Below, one piece after another: positions 37,781 to 51,648 of a stretch of DNA of 64,000 bases. The notes beneath the pieces are model-generated. The model made no database searches. It was not told the origin of the DNA and saw only the letters and a list, made by a program, of their open reading frames with translations. The stretch is from Octopus bimaculoides (taxonomy: Eukaryota). How positions within the stretch are numbered: position 1 is the stretch's first letter; each line of letters starts with the position of its first letter. The position numbers and the translations under genes were made by a program. Where the stretch lies: the NCBI RefSeq assembly GCF_001194135.2, contig NC_069003.1, forward strand, positions 13,142,061-13,206,060. Reading direction: 5' to 3'.

Positions 37781-38623
37781 TTTTTGTGTCTGTGTTTGCC
37801 ATACACACACCCTGCCACTGCTTGATGACCAATGTTGGTTTGTTTACACACCTATGACTTAGTAATTTGGCAAAAGAGACCAATAGAATAAGCACCAGAC
37901 TAAAAAAACAAAAATACTGGAGTTGATTTGTTTGAAAAAATGCCCCAGTATGGCCACAGTCAAATGACTGAAACAAAAGATAAAACACAGAAGATTCTAC
38001 ATACCACAAATATTTTTATTGACATATTATTGGCAACATACACTCTTACCAGTTCCCTCTGATTTCAGATTTTATTCTAAGTACATCTAGGAGTATTTAT
38101 GTTAATTTCCCAGCTAGACTTGCTCAAATCTTACCAATTTGATTTTCACAAATTCAATGAAATGTGAACTGACTCGACTCACAGTAGTTTCATTGAGTAT
38201 CCTACCCAGATTGCTCATTTAGATATTAACCTTGTTGCCTGCCTGGACTTGTTAATGCTAAACCCATCAATACTGTTTATTGTGTAATCCCATCAATACA
38301 ATGTTAACCAAACAAATGTAGCCAGAACCTATAAGACTCAGAGTTCAGCCCAGAGAGTCAAGGAGGGGCCAGTGACTTTTGTGATCCTCTAGCATTCAGA
38401 TTATCTCATAGCTTTGAGATTTCAATGATGTTATTCTTTTACTTGTCTCAGTCACTTGACTGCAGTCATGCTGGAGCACCACTTTGAAGGGCTTTTTAGT
38501 CAAACAAATCAGTCTTAGGACATATTTTTTAAAACCTGGTACTTATTTTATCAGTCTCTTTTGCCAAACTGATAAGTTATGGGGATGTAACGCACCAGTT
38601 GTCAAGCTGGTGTGGGAACAAAG

Positions 38624-38659
<36 letters not shown>

Positions 38660-40529
38660 GACAGGTTCTTTGTTTCCATCAAACAAATCCACTCACAAGG
38701 CTCGAGGCTACAATAGAAGACACTTGCCAAAGGTGCCACACAGTTTGACTGAACCTAAAACCCTGTGGTTGAGAAGCAAGCTTCTTACCACACAGCCACA
38801 GCTGTCCCTACATTTATTTTTAGAATGACATTGTAAGGCAGGTGCGAGAGGCTAGATCTAGCCAGTTAGAACATAAGACAGGAAAAATCCTTGAGCAAGG
38901 ACATGGCCAGTTTATAGGCTAAAGGGTTTTTAAAAATAACCCACATCACAACCCCACTTCAATTTTGAGGGGTTCTTCCCCCATAGGACCGAAAATGTAA
39001 CCTGTTACTACCCCATACCCATCAGTGACTCACGTGATCAAACCCCTCCCATCAGTATGACACCTAACCTTACCTACCTAATCACTAGTCAAATGCTATT
39101 TTAACTCCTATACCCAATGACATATCAATATTTCATCCTATTTATTCAACATAATAGCATAAGGGGTCTTGGGTAACTTGCTTCAGGCTGAAGCAAATTT
39201 GTTTTCAATCTTCAAACCCTGCTCTGCTTTTCAAGGTACTGCTTCCACCCCTAAAAGAATCTAGAGGTTGGGTAGGTTGTAAGATGTCTGTCACCACACA
39301 CATACAGAATTTACTGCTCATACAGATACACTGGTGCATGCTTAAACACCCTACGTCCCCATAACTTAGCAGTTCAGCAAAAGAAACCTATAGATTATGT
39401 ACTAAGCTTTAAATAAATAAATAAGTCTGGGGTTGTTTCATTCAACTAAAAACTTATGGTGGTGCCCCAGCATGGCTGCAGTCTAGTGACTGAAACAAGG
39501 AAAAGAGATTAAAAAATCATATATACACATATACACACTCATGCACGTAGAAAGTTGGGGTAGGTGAGGTGTTGCTACTGTGTAATAATAATACTCATTC
39601 TCAAACATATTTATACTCAGCTTCAATCCACACATACTCAGCTCCTCATTCTCTGTGTTTGTCTTCTGTTACAATTACATTCACATCTAGAATCTGGAAT
39701 ATTAAATCAGCCTCAGTATTTAACTGATGCTCCATTTTATCAATCCTCAGAGAGATGATGAAAAGTAAGAAATCTAGCTTTGCAGGATTTGAACTTCAAA
39801 TGTAAAGGGCTGTAACAAAATAACTAAAAGATGCAAACATTTTGTCCTGTGCCCTAACAATTCTGCCAAACTCTTTATGAGGGGATACTGAAAGGTTCCT
39901 GGATTTGGGTAAAAAAAAAAAATACAGGAGGATCAGTTAATTATGATTTTATTCAATATACCCACCCACCCCTACCTCCGATTCAAGCATTTATTGCAGC
40001 AGTCCTTCAATTTTTCTAAGCCCTGTAATAGAACTTAGAAGTTGGGCCTCCAACCAGGCCTTTCATGATAACCTTGAAGCCAGGAACTTTTCAGTGTCCC
40101 CTCGGAAATGTTGTCAGGTGATGGTAAGCTTCTGGTGAACCAAGTCTGTGACTTGGTATTCAGTTAACTCATTCCACTTTGCTTTTACTTTGTACCTAAA
40201 ATTTCTGGCTGTTATCAATAGCCTGAACAGAGATGGATTCCATCAGGCTGTTGACATATCCTTCATACACTACATGTAGACAAGTTTTTGTTGGTGACCC
40301 AGTACCCAATATGCTTATATCCATCCATCCATCCACATGTAGTAGGTGTGTATACATCTCTCCATCCCACATTCAGTAGAACTGTACAAATCTCTAATTA
40401 AATCTTATTCTAAATTTCTGTCTTGTTGTTTCTTATATGTATACGTGGGGGTGCTGAAAAGTTTTTGGTTTTGGGTAAAAGAAAATACAGGAGGATCAGT
40501 TAATCATAGCTATCCATTGCATGCACTGG

Positions 40530-40760
40530 TACGGACATACCTTCCAGCTCCCTCTAGATCATCCTACCAGGGCTTTATTCTCATTCAACACAGCAGCTGT
40601 GGGCTGGAAGAGGCCTTGTGGAAGGCCCCACACCAGATGGCAGGATGTGACTAGGGAAGGTCTCCAGAGGCTTAAAGTTAGCTTGGAGGATGCAGAGGGA
40701 CTGCCAGCAAGGGAGAGCACTGGTCGACTCTACAAAAGATGACACCTCTGGGGCCACAAA
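40530..40760 (+). mobile_element. RTE LINE fragment
   Basis: HPTRALFSFNTAAVGWKRPCGRPHTRWQDVTREGLQRLKVSLEDA (WKRPxGRPxTRW motif). Confidence 0.7.
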
Positions 40761-42059
40761 CTTGGAATGACCCCAGCCTCATCAAGCCAAGCCTATCTTT
40801 GTCACACACGTCACACCAGGTTAATGAGAACTATGACCACAGACAACGTTTTCCAGTAAATTCATTAGTATTTATTGAAATTTCAAGATCAAAAGTAAAT
40901 AAACACCATGAGGCTGTTTTATGCTGTTCTGGAGAAATTCAGAGATATAAATAATTAATATTTTTAGACAAAAAAAGTTATTTGGGTAAGTATCTTGGGC
41001 CGACCAATTTTTATTAGTGAATTTGGTAGACAGAAACTGAAAGAGGCCCAGTGTGTGTGTATATATATATATATCAATTATAATCAAGGATAAAATGTAT
41101 ATAGGATTTTATCAAGTAGCTAGCATTATAAAAAACAATTTAGGTAATTTAAAAAACCAAATTAAATACTTTGTATATATAGATATGTGTGTGTTTGGCA
41201 ACCGGCGTTGGTATGTTTACATTCCCTTTACAAAAGAGACCAATAGAATAAGTACTGAGGTCGATTTATTTGACTAAAAATTTTTCAAGGCAGTGCTCCA
41301 GCATGACCACAATCTAATGACTGAAACANNNNNNNNNNNNNNNNNNNNNNNNNNNNNNNNNNNNNNNNNNNNNNNNNNNNNNNNNNNNNNNNNNNNNNNN
41401 NNNNNNNNNNNNNNNNNNNNNNNNNNNNNNNNNNNNNNNNNNNNNNNNNNNNNNNNNNNNNNNNNNNNNNNNNNNNNNNNNNNNNNNNNNNNNNNNNNNN
41501 NNNNNNNNNNNNNNNNNNNNNNNNNNNNNNNNNNNNNNNNNNNNNNNNNNNNNNNNNNNNNNNNNNNNNNNNNNNNNNNNNNNNNNNNNNNNNNNNNNNN
41601 NNNNNNNNNNNNNNNNNNNNNNNNNNNNNNNNNNNNNNNNNNNNNNNNNNNNNNNNNNNNNNNNNNNNNNNNNNNNNNNNNNNNNNNNNNNNNNNNNNNN
41701 NNNNNNNNNNNNNNNNNNNNNNNNNNNNNNNNNNNNNNNNNNNNNNNNNNNNNNNNNNNNNNNNNNNNNNNNNNNNNNNNNNNNNNNNNNNNNNNNNNNN
41801 NNNNNNNNNNNNNNNNNNNNNNNNNNNNNNCTAAGGTCGACTTTGCCATTCATCCTTTCGAGGTCGATATAATCGACTTACGCCCAACCCGAACTTGCTG
41901 GCCGTATGCCAAAATTTGAAACCAATAATCCAAGAGAAATAACTATAACTTTTTCTCACGAGTTACGTCCCCTTAAAATTGGCTTTACCGTATGATAAAA
42001 TGGAGGAAACTGGGATGACCCACATGATAATTAGACATATATCAGTCCTCTTCTTTAAT

Positions 42060-42725
42060 CCCTAGCTGGCGACCGGAGGGAGAGGCTGTTCTCTCAACCA
42101 ATACACAACTGTGGGTACCAATGGATGACAGACTCTGATGATGATGTTATTCCATGCTTTCCAATCCATGGCGCTGGCCTTAGCAAGCTCAAGGTTGAGG
42201 CGCTGTGACTTCAGGTCTTCCTCAATTTGTTTCGCCCATGTCCTTTTTGGCATGCTGTGCTGGGTTATCCATTGCATGGGCCACTGCCAGTACAAAAGTT
42301 GGTGTGGAAGTCTGCCAGTGCTCAACCTGCAGACGTGGCCAAACCACTGTAGCCTACAGGGCCAGAATTGGTCTTCGATGGTTGGCTACTGCAAGCATTG
42401 TTCTTGGATATTGTTGTTTGAGATTCAGTCGCATAGAGAGAGACACCAAATGTGGTGTCTGATGAAGACAGTGCATTTGGAACACTTTGAGCTTGCTTGG
42501 GTCGTGTTTGAGGATTGTGGAAAAGATGGGGCTTGGTCCTGAGGGAGATGTTGGGCTTCTAAGGGAAGACACACCATCTAAGGGATTCAATCACAGAAGT
42601 TGCAGACCCAATTCAGCAGTTGATCTCTGCTGTTAACAGCACCTTCTTCTCTGCAACCAGTGAGCTGAGATATTTGAACTCCTGAACCTGCTCAGTCTGA
42701 ATGCCATCAAAATGCACAATGGCCA
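42060..42725 (-). mobile_element. RTE LINE RT C-terminal fragment
   Basis: EQVQEFKYLSSLV...EIN..IGSA, KLKVFQMHCL, and PKRTWAKQIEEDLKSQRLNLELAKASAMDWKAW, with frameshifts. Confidence 0.8.
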
Positions 42726-44121
42726 GCAATTCATGTGCTATTAAGAACTTTCAATTTGTCCATGTTGATCCTGAGATAAAGAACATATTCAAGAGATAAC
42801 TGATGTTAAACCTGCATAAAATACAAAATTACTAGAAATCCAGCATATGCAACTGAAGCAGTATTTAACTAAAATAGCCATATATGTACCATACTTAATG
42901 TATACATACAGTCAATAGGCCAATTACTGCAGTCCTCAGATAACATCTTTTATTTACTTGCTATGTTAAAAACACAACAAATGATGAAAATTCGTCCCAG
43001 TAGTGGCCAGCAAGAACACCAGGTGTATTTGGGCCTATTTGAGCCTTTTCGATGATGTGTACTTGTAGCCAACCTCAACTAAAATAGACATCAATGTATC
43101 ATACTTAATGTATACACGCTGTTGATAGTCCAATTACTGCAGTATTTTCCTGATATATATTTCTTATAGTCATTGTTGTTGGAATTACTTTGTATCTGAG
43201 TATTTATTCTGTAGCCAGTGATTGATCCTCTTCATTCTGATGGCTGCAAAGGGTGCTGGTGCCTGAGGTGGCTGTTCAGGCCATGGGCAGTATAGAAGAG
43301 CCAGGAGTATTTATTGTGATAAATTTCTTATTCATTTGCTGCATCAAAAGTAAAAAATATCAGAGAGACGAAAATTCACCCCAGCAGTAACCAGCAAGAA
43401 CACTAGATGCATTTGGGCCTATTTGAGCCTTTTCGATGATGTGTACTTGCAGCAAACCTCTATTAAAATATCCATCCATGGATCATACTTAATGTATATA
43501 CACAGTCAATAGGCCAGTTACTGCTGTATTTGTCTTGAGATGATGATATCTGATGCTCTCGATGGCCATTGCTGGGACAAATTCCACCTTCTCTCTCTCT
43601 CTATCTCTTATATTGAATTTTTAACACAGCAAGTCCATAACAGATGTTATCTCGGGACAAAACACTGCAGTAACTAGCCCATCAATTGTGTGTATACATT
43701 AAATACAACAAATATATATAGAGAGAGATATAGACCGACTGATAGATAGATAGGACAGACAGACAGATATAAACAAGAGCTTCCACACTGTTTCCATCAA
43801 GAAAAATCATTCACAAGTTATTGGTCAGGCTGGAGCTATAGTAGAAGACACTTGCATAAGGTACCATGTAGTGGGACTGAAATACATAGTTGTGAAGTGA
43901 AATTCTTAATTGCTCAGCCACATATATGTTGGTTTCGAATTTTGCAAACTTTGGAGAAGCAATTGTTGGGTGGCTGTAAGTTGATTGCATTAACCCCAGC
44001 ACACAACTGGTACTTATTTTATTGACTGCGAAAAGGATAAAAGGCAAAGTCGACCTTGGTGGAATTTGAACCCAGAATGTAATTTTACCTAGTGTGCTAA
44101 CAATTCTGCCAGATCATCGCC

Positions 44122-44153
<32 letters not shown>

Positions 44154-44422
44154 CCTTTCTACTAAAGGCACAAGGCCTGTAATTTGTGAGTGGGGGGACT
44201 AATCGATTACATCAACATCAGTGTTTCACTGACACTTAATTTATTGACCCCCGAAAGGATGAAAGGCAAAGTCAACCTTGGCAGAATTTGAACTCAGAAT
44301 GTAAAGACAGATGAAATGCTGCTAAGCATTTTTGCCCAGTGTGCTAATAATTCTACCAGCCTGCTACCTTGATGATGATGATGATGATGATGATGGTGAT
44401 GGTGATGATGATGGTGATGGTG

Positions 44423-44482
<60 letters not shown>

Positions 44483-45382
44483 GTATCAACTTTTGGCACA
44501 AGGCCTGCAAGTTCATGGGAGGGAGCAAGTCAGTTACATCAATCCCAGTGTGCAACTGGTACTTATTTTATCAACCCAAAAGGATGAAAGGCTAAGATGA
44601 CCTCATCAGAATTTGAACTGAGAACATAAAGACGGATAAAAGAAATGTCGCAAAGCATTTTGTCCTGCATGCTACCGATTGTGCCAGGTCACTGCCTTAC
44701 AGTCAAATACATATTATACGATAGCAACACTGATTACTACTATCTATGACACACCATACCACATGTTTTTCACAAAGATATACAATTGAGGTGACTGGAA
44801 TTCAATTAGACAGAGTTTTTGGTGGCAGTTTTGCTCAGACAAAAGCACATCATGCCGGGAGGAGGAGATACAAACCCTAAAATATAAATAGATGTAACAA
44901 AACACCTCAGACATTTAGTGAGGTATTTGAAGGACTATTTTTACCACATCCCCTCCCCCTTGTTATTTAAACGTATGTTATGCAGTCTTTGATCAAAGTA
45001 TAATATTCTGTTACCTTATTTCTACTGTTCTCTAATGTCAGAACTGTCACAGTAAAAACTAGAGAAAAGTCGATTTACCCTGAACATTACTGATGTAATT
45101 AAATAAAATCAATTTATAATCTTATTACCAGCAGCATTTATCTATGTATTCGTTATCACTGTCATCATAATAGTCGTCATCATTGTTGTCATTATCATTA
45201 TCATCATTATTGTCATCATTTTGCTTTCACTTTGCAGTAACCTGTCCAACCCATGGAATGGCTTAGATGAGTTATTGTTGCTTTCCTAGATGGGTTGAAG
45301 AACCACATCTCACCTACAAGTTTAATTTTTGATTTGGTTTTTACAGCTGGATGCCCTTCCTAAGCAATCAATCAATTTATAC

Positions 45383-45675
45383 ATGCATCCCCAGGTATTG
45401 CAATATCTGTAATTTTGGTTTCCTTTTTACCTTTATCTACCACAACAATATCTTGTCTCTGAGTCTTGATTAGGGAGTCACATTAGATTGTAAAATCCCA
45501 TAGTATCTTATATTCATTGTTCTTGGTGACTCCTCCTGGTTCATATTCATACCATTTCCAAGCTCTGTCCAGGCCATACTTATCACATAGTCTCCTGTGA
45601 ACAAACTTAGCCACATTATCATGCCTCCTTTTTGTAGGGCTTTTGTACCAGCTTGCTATGCTCACTCACAATATG
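45383..45675 (-). mobile_element. R4/Dong-type non-LTR retrotransposon fragment (restriction-like endonuclease domain)
   Basis: RRHDNVAKFVHRRLCDKYGLDRAWKWYEYEPGGVTKNNEYKILWDFTI*CDSLIKTQRQDIVVVDKGKKETKITDIAIPGD matches the RHD...ILWDF...PDIV...DIAIP motif set. Confidence 0.85.
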
Positions 45676-45790
45676 TGAAATTGTTTCATTTTAGCTACAC
45701 CTCCTACAAAGGGGTGATTCGCTGCAGGAGGCAAGCTGGCAAAATCCTTAGTATCATTTCCTTCGTAATAATAATAATCATAATAATAAT

Positions 45791-47827
45791 AATAGTCAAG
45801 ACGAAGAGCGTGATTTGATTGTATATTTCGGAATGGCTGGATGGCTTTCTACTCCCCGTCGCAATACAATCAAGTTCCTATATTCGGGATACCTTTGATT
45901 TTGTATCTAAAATTAACAACTTTTTCAAGCACCAAGTCCATATCGAGAACTGTTTTTTTGGTAACCATGGATGTTTCTTCCTTATATCCCAATATTGACC
46001 ACAATGAAAGGGTAGAAGCATGCATGGATGCCTTTGAAAAGCGGTCAAATAAAAGTATTTCATGAAATTTACTCTGTAGATTATTGAGGTTTGTGTTAGA
46101 AAGTAACACAATGAAGTTTAGACAAAGATTTTTACCACCAAACAAAGGGTTGCGCCATGAGTAGCCCCATGGCAGTTAATTTCGCTAATGTCTTTATGAC
46201 GAAATTCGAGACACAGTTACTGAAGACATTCAAATCCCTTCATGGTCATGAACCAATACTCTGGTTATGCTTCATTGACGACGTATTTTTTGTCTGGGAA
46301 GGATCACAGAATAGTTTAATGCACTTCTTGCATTTCTGTGATTGTTATGCTAGAAACTATGACTTTAAGTCCAAATTAAAATTTACGTCTAGTTTTTCAA
46401 ACACTAGCGTTGAATTTTTGGACACAAAAGTCAAGTTTTCTGGAGGCAGAATAGTGACAGAGTTATTTTGCAAGCCCACGTGATCCCACATTTATCTCCA
46501 CCGCTGCTCCGATCACCCACATCATCTTATTCGGTCAAATCTGAAATCCCAATTTTTGAGGATAAAACGGATTTGTACTGACATAGGGGATTACTGGAAA
46601 CATGCAAATGCTTTTGTATGTCATTATGTCAAACGAGGTTACAGTGAATCACGTTTAAAGGAAATAGCAAATGAAATAGCTAAGATTAGCAAAGATAGTC
46701 AAACCTACACGCATAATGTTAGCACACAAAATACAATAGATGACAGAATTCCTTTAGTGATTAGCTGGCACCGACGTTTCGCTGGCATTTCAAAAATGTT
46801 GCATGAAAGTTACCAGCATGTGGTGAAAAAATATCCCAGTTTCAAACAGATATTTCCTCAGCCGCCCATTGTAGCCTTTCGACGGAATAAGAATATAAGA
46901 GAATNNNNNNNNNNNNNNNNNNNNNNNNNNNNNNNNNNNNNNNNNNNNNNNNNNNNNNNNNNNNNNNNNNNNNNNNNNNNNNNNNNNNNNNNNNNNNNNN
47001 NNNNNNNNNNNNNNNNNNNNNNNNNNNNNNNNNNNNNNNNNNNNNNNNNNNNNNNNNNNNNNNNNNNNNNNNNNNNNNNNNNNNNNNNNNNNNNNNNNNN
47101 NNNNNNNNNNNNNNNNNNNNNNNNNNNNNNNNNNNNNNNNNNNNNNNNNNNNNNNNNNNNNNNNNNNNNNNNNNNNNNNNNNNNNNNNNNNNNNNNNNNN
47201 NNNNNNNNNNNNNNNNNNNNNNNNNNNNNNNNNNNNNNNNNNNNNNNNNNNNNNNNNNNNNNNNNNNNNNNNNNNNNNNNNNNNNNNNNNNNNNNNNNNN
47301 NNNNNNNNNNNNNNNNNNNNNNNNNNNNNNNNNNNNNNNNNNNNNNNNNNNNNNNNNNNNNNNNNNNNNNNNNNNNNNNNNNNNNNNNNNNNNNNNNNNN
47401 NNNNNNNNNNNNNNNNNNAATATGTTTGCAGGTTATTAACATCACGCCCTGGAGGAATGAATAAGATGACAGGAGAATATCATCAAATTTATACAAAACT
47501 GTTTGATTGAATATTCTTCTTTCTCTCTTTTTCTTTCCTTTTATCTGTCGTCTTCCTTTTTCTATTTTTTTCTTTCTTTCTGCTTGTTATAAAACGTAAA
47601 AACTGATGATGTCATTCCATCAACGTATGGACGCTGGTTGCTCTCGTTCATACTTTACGTTTAAATTTCTGTAATTTTGAATTTTTAATCACCTCTTGTT
47701 TTGAACTTGACAAAGACAGACGTACTGTTGAAATATTGTTCAACGAATAAAATATCTATACAATTGAATCGCGCTCTTCGTCTTGACTATTTACCTACGT
47801 GATGAGTTACATCAATCCTTTTTAAAA
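45791..47827 (+). mobile_element. Penelope-like retroelement, 5'-truncated, with frameshifts and stops (RT + linker + GIY-YIG end + pLTR)
   Basis: RT motifs LVTMDVSSLYPNIDH, SPMAVNFANVFM, WLCFIDDVFFVW, VEFLDTKV and LRIKRICTD, then PIVAFRRNKNIRE, a gap, and PGGMNK at the endonuclease end. A 35-bp inverted copy of the 3' end sits at 45791-45825; (TAA)n on both sides. Confidence 0.92.
47701..47743 (+). ncRNA. Variant minimal hammerhead motif in the Penelope pLTR
   Basis: TTGAAC-TTGACAA-A-GACAG(ACGTA)CTGTT-GAAA-TAT-T-GTTCAA: 6-bp helix I, helix II, palindromic ATAT helix III. The core has C3U and G8A changes and U17. Confidence 0.55.
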
Positions 47828-47997
47828 TATAATAATAATGATAATAATAATAATAATAATAATAATAGAATACTATTAATTTAATAGAATAAATCATGAT
47901 TTAATTAAATAGCTCCAGTAGAACAATCTTCACATACAACACAACTTTTGCAACATTTACTATTCAAGATTAGGACCCATGAAATAACACAGCTAAC

Positions 47998-48035
<38 letters not shown>

Positions 48036-48766
48036 TATAACAAGAAAGAAGAAACTAAACTCCATAACGAAACAAACTGGTGCAGTATACCAATAGAGGT
48101 CTGCACTCATCAAGCCCCCAACAAAAGATAAGAACACAATATCACACACTTCAAGAAGACAGAGGTGCACAGGTGGTGCAGCAGAAACTCAGATGAAGCT
48201 CCCAAAAGAAAACATTTTGCAATAACAATAGTGGTTTCAAATTTTGGCACAAGGCCAGCAAGTTTGGGGGAGGAGACTCAGTCAATAACATCGACCTCAG
48301 TATCCAGCTGGTACTTATTTCATCAACCACAAAAGGGATGAAAGTCAACCCTGGCGGAATTTGAATTCAGATCATAAAGACACACAAAATACTGCTAACG
48401 ATTCTGCTAGGTCACTACCTTACTTTACTGGTTTCAAATTTGGCACAGTCTCAGGGTAGGGGGTATGTCAATTATATCGACCCCAGTGCTTAGCTGGTAC
48501 TTATTTTATCAACCATGAAAAGATGAAAGGCAAAGTCGACCTGGGCAGAATTTGAACTCAGAACATAATGCTACTAAGAATTTTGCCCAGTGTGCTAATG
48601 ATTCTGCCAGCTCACCACCTTAATGTTTTTCGTTATAATAACAAAGAAGTTGATGCTGATGGTGAGGTATATTAAAAATTTCTCAAAGAAAAGCCAAGAA
48701 TGCACATTTGATAGACAACCAGTAGTTATTTGATAGGAAGTGGAGATACTTAGGGTTAGAAGTTGG

Positions 48767-48940
48767 TCAACAAGATTTCTTCTTCTTGATTTTGTCAATG
48801 ATGCTGTTGTTAGAGAATAACTGTAGCCGCTCTCTCAGTGGAAGAACAGGGGCTTCAGACAGTTTCCACTCAAGAGATGATACACTTTGCTCTAGTTCAG
48901 AAATTTTCTTTTCGTATTCCTCCTTCATATGGCTCAGTTT
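48767..48940 (-). CDS. CCDC152-like terminal coding exon ([18 protein letters not shown]...KIKKKKSC*)
   Basis: Acceptor tcttgtctttgaaaCAG; in-frame TGA at 48769-48767. Confidence 0.85.
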   Translation of the reverse strand, partial: KLSHMKEEYEKKISELEQSVSSLEWKLSEAPVLPLRERLQLFSNNSIIDKIKKKKSC

Positions 48941-50565
48941 CTGTTTCAAAGACAAGATATACATACAGATATGTATATGCATGCACAAGCATGCATGCAC
49001 ACATACACACACACAATATTGTGTCCTGACCACTAGTACTGAGTCCACATTTAAACAGCTGATTTCCTGGTCTCACAACCAGCAACATTACAAGGGTATG
49101 CTGAAAAGTTCTTGGCTTTGGGGAAAAGAAAATACAGGAGGAACAGTTAATTAGGATTTTATTCAATGATTCACCAGTTGACAGTATGCAACTCTTCCTC
49201 ACTTTGAACAAAGTCACTGCACAAGTCATCAGTCATCCTTAAGGATGGCTTGATGGTCCTCATCAGTCTGAAAGACAAACAGACCCTGTCTGTCACCACC
49301 AGTGTAACTCTCTCTCTCTCTCTCTCTCTCTTCCAGCACACTCTTATTCTTTTTCAGTCAAACATCCTGAACCCCTGTCATCTCTCTATCATCACTCTAT
49401 CCCCTAGGTTACATAGTATTTTTTTCTCCTCCTTGCCACTGAAGTCATATTGCCTTGAAAAGTCGTACCCATCTTGGAATACTGAAATAGTGCCCCTTTC
49501 ACTCCTTCCACTATAACTTATACTTAATCCCTCTCAACACTATCACTCATGCCTTTATTATTCATCCTTCTCACTCTGTAAAGAGAGAAATGAGTAATCT
49601 GAGACATGGGGTTGTGAAGTCTCTTCCATTGCAATAAGGACATGGCCACCCCACTAGTGCTGGTGGCATGCAAAAACCAAACACCTAGTACATTCTGTAA
49701 AGTGGTTGGTGTTAGGAAGGACAACCAGCCATAAGCAAGATGAGCTTCCACTGCCCTGTCTAAGTCCAACCCATGCCAACATAGACAGGGGATGTAAAAT
49801 GACAAGGATGATGTTGATAATGGTGATGATGATTATCATCATTCTCTCTCCCCCTCCTTCTCTCTCTACATGCATACAATCAAGACTTCAGCTTCACTCA
49901 TCACTTAACACATGGTAGGATACTGAACACTATTCTGTTCAATGAATGGATAAGTTAGAATCCTCTGTAGGCTGTTGAGGAGTTAAGGAAATGCCTGAGA
50001 TTTATAATGTAGCGTAACCAATAGCAACAGCTAAACTTAGAACAATAGTGTAACTATTGACACTGTAAATGACTTACCTTCCTGAAGATTTCTTGGTCAC
50101 ATGACTGTTTCGATAAAGCTGACTGGTTCTTTTGCCTTTGCAGGAGTTTCATCTTTGTCTCAAACTGAAATTTTTAAAACAGATGTAAAACCATTTAAGA
50201 ATCTGGGTTAATGTCAATGGGTAAGAAACTTCTGGAAAACTCTCAGAAGAATTGCATTTTATATTTTTCTCCTCCATTTGCTTTCTGTTTTCCTTGCCTT
50301 TCTTTCCCATATGCTCACTCCATATTGTTTACCCTCACTGATATACACTATAGCTGCAAGCATGGCTGTGTGGTAAGAAGTTTGCTTCATGGTTCCAGGT
50401 TCAGTTCCACTGCATGGCACCACGTTGGGTAAATGCCTTCTACAACTACCACAAACCAATCAAAGCCTTTTAAGTGGATGTGGTAGACAAAAACTAAATG
50501 AAGCCTCCATAGTGTGTGTGTGTGAGTGTGTGTGTGTGTGTGCGTGTGTGTGTGTGTGTGTGTGC

Positions 50566-50596
<31 letters not shown>

Positions 50597-51617
50597 TGTG
50601 TGTAGCTGTGTGTGTATCTGTGTTTGTGTTTGTCCCCACTACTGTCTGATAACTGGTGCTGGTTCGTTTATGTCCCCATAACTTAGTGCGTCTCAGCAAA
50701 AGAGACCAAAAAAAATCATGAAGTTAATTTGTTCAACTAAATCCTTCAAGGCAATGTTCCAGCATGGCCACAGTCCAATGACTGAATCAAAGAAAAGATG
50801 GAAAATAAAACCACCACATGTTTCCAATCACCACTACTACCTTACATCATGTCAAATACACTCACTCCATTCACTACATTCACTGCAGAGTATCACTGAC
50901 ATACACTATACTTCATTAGCTTACAGCTGCTGCTGCTGCTAAAAGATGCAGTGGACTTGTAGCTGAGTGCCTGAATAACATCCTTTAGCAGAAACAGCTG
51001 TAAGCTAATGAACTTCATAACATAACCTTTGTTCTTCCTGTGTCATCTCTTTTTCTTACTACTGCTCTACACGCATCTAACACTTTGTTCTGAAACATAC
51101 ATATATTGAGTCCTCCTCCAGGTTATTAGTCTTGCAATGCCTAAGTGAAATATGTGTGTGTGTGTGTGTGTGTGTACACACATACTCACATACATACAAG
51201 CACAGGAGTGGCTGTGTGGTAAGAAGCTTGCTTCTCAACCACATGGTTCCGGGTTCAGTCCCACTACGTGGCACTTTGGGCAAGTGTCTTTTACTATAGC
51301 TTCAGGCCGACCAAAGCCTTGTGAGTGGATTTGGTAGATGGAAACTGAAAGAAACCTATCGTACATACATATGTGTGTTTGTGTTCGTCCCCCATCACCA
51401 CTTGACAACCAGTGTTGGTGTGTTTATGGATCCTGTAACTTAGCATTTCGGCAATAGAGACCGATAGAATAAGTACCAAACTTAAAAAATAAGTACTGGG
51501 GTCGATTCATCTGACTAAAAATTCAAGGCAGTGCCCCAGCATGGCCACAGTCTAATAACTGAAACAGGTAAAAGGTAAAAGATACATATATATACACACA
51601 CACATACCCTTACATAA

Positions 51618-51648
<31 letters not shown>

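Noticed and set aside
42730-42830. Possible extra minus-strand exon (ttttatgcAG acceptor)
   Set aside because: All three frames hit stops within about 20 codons, and the CCDC152-like stop is already at 48767.
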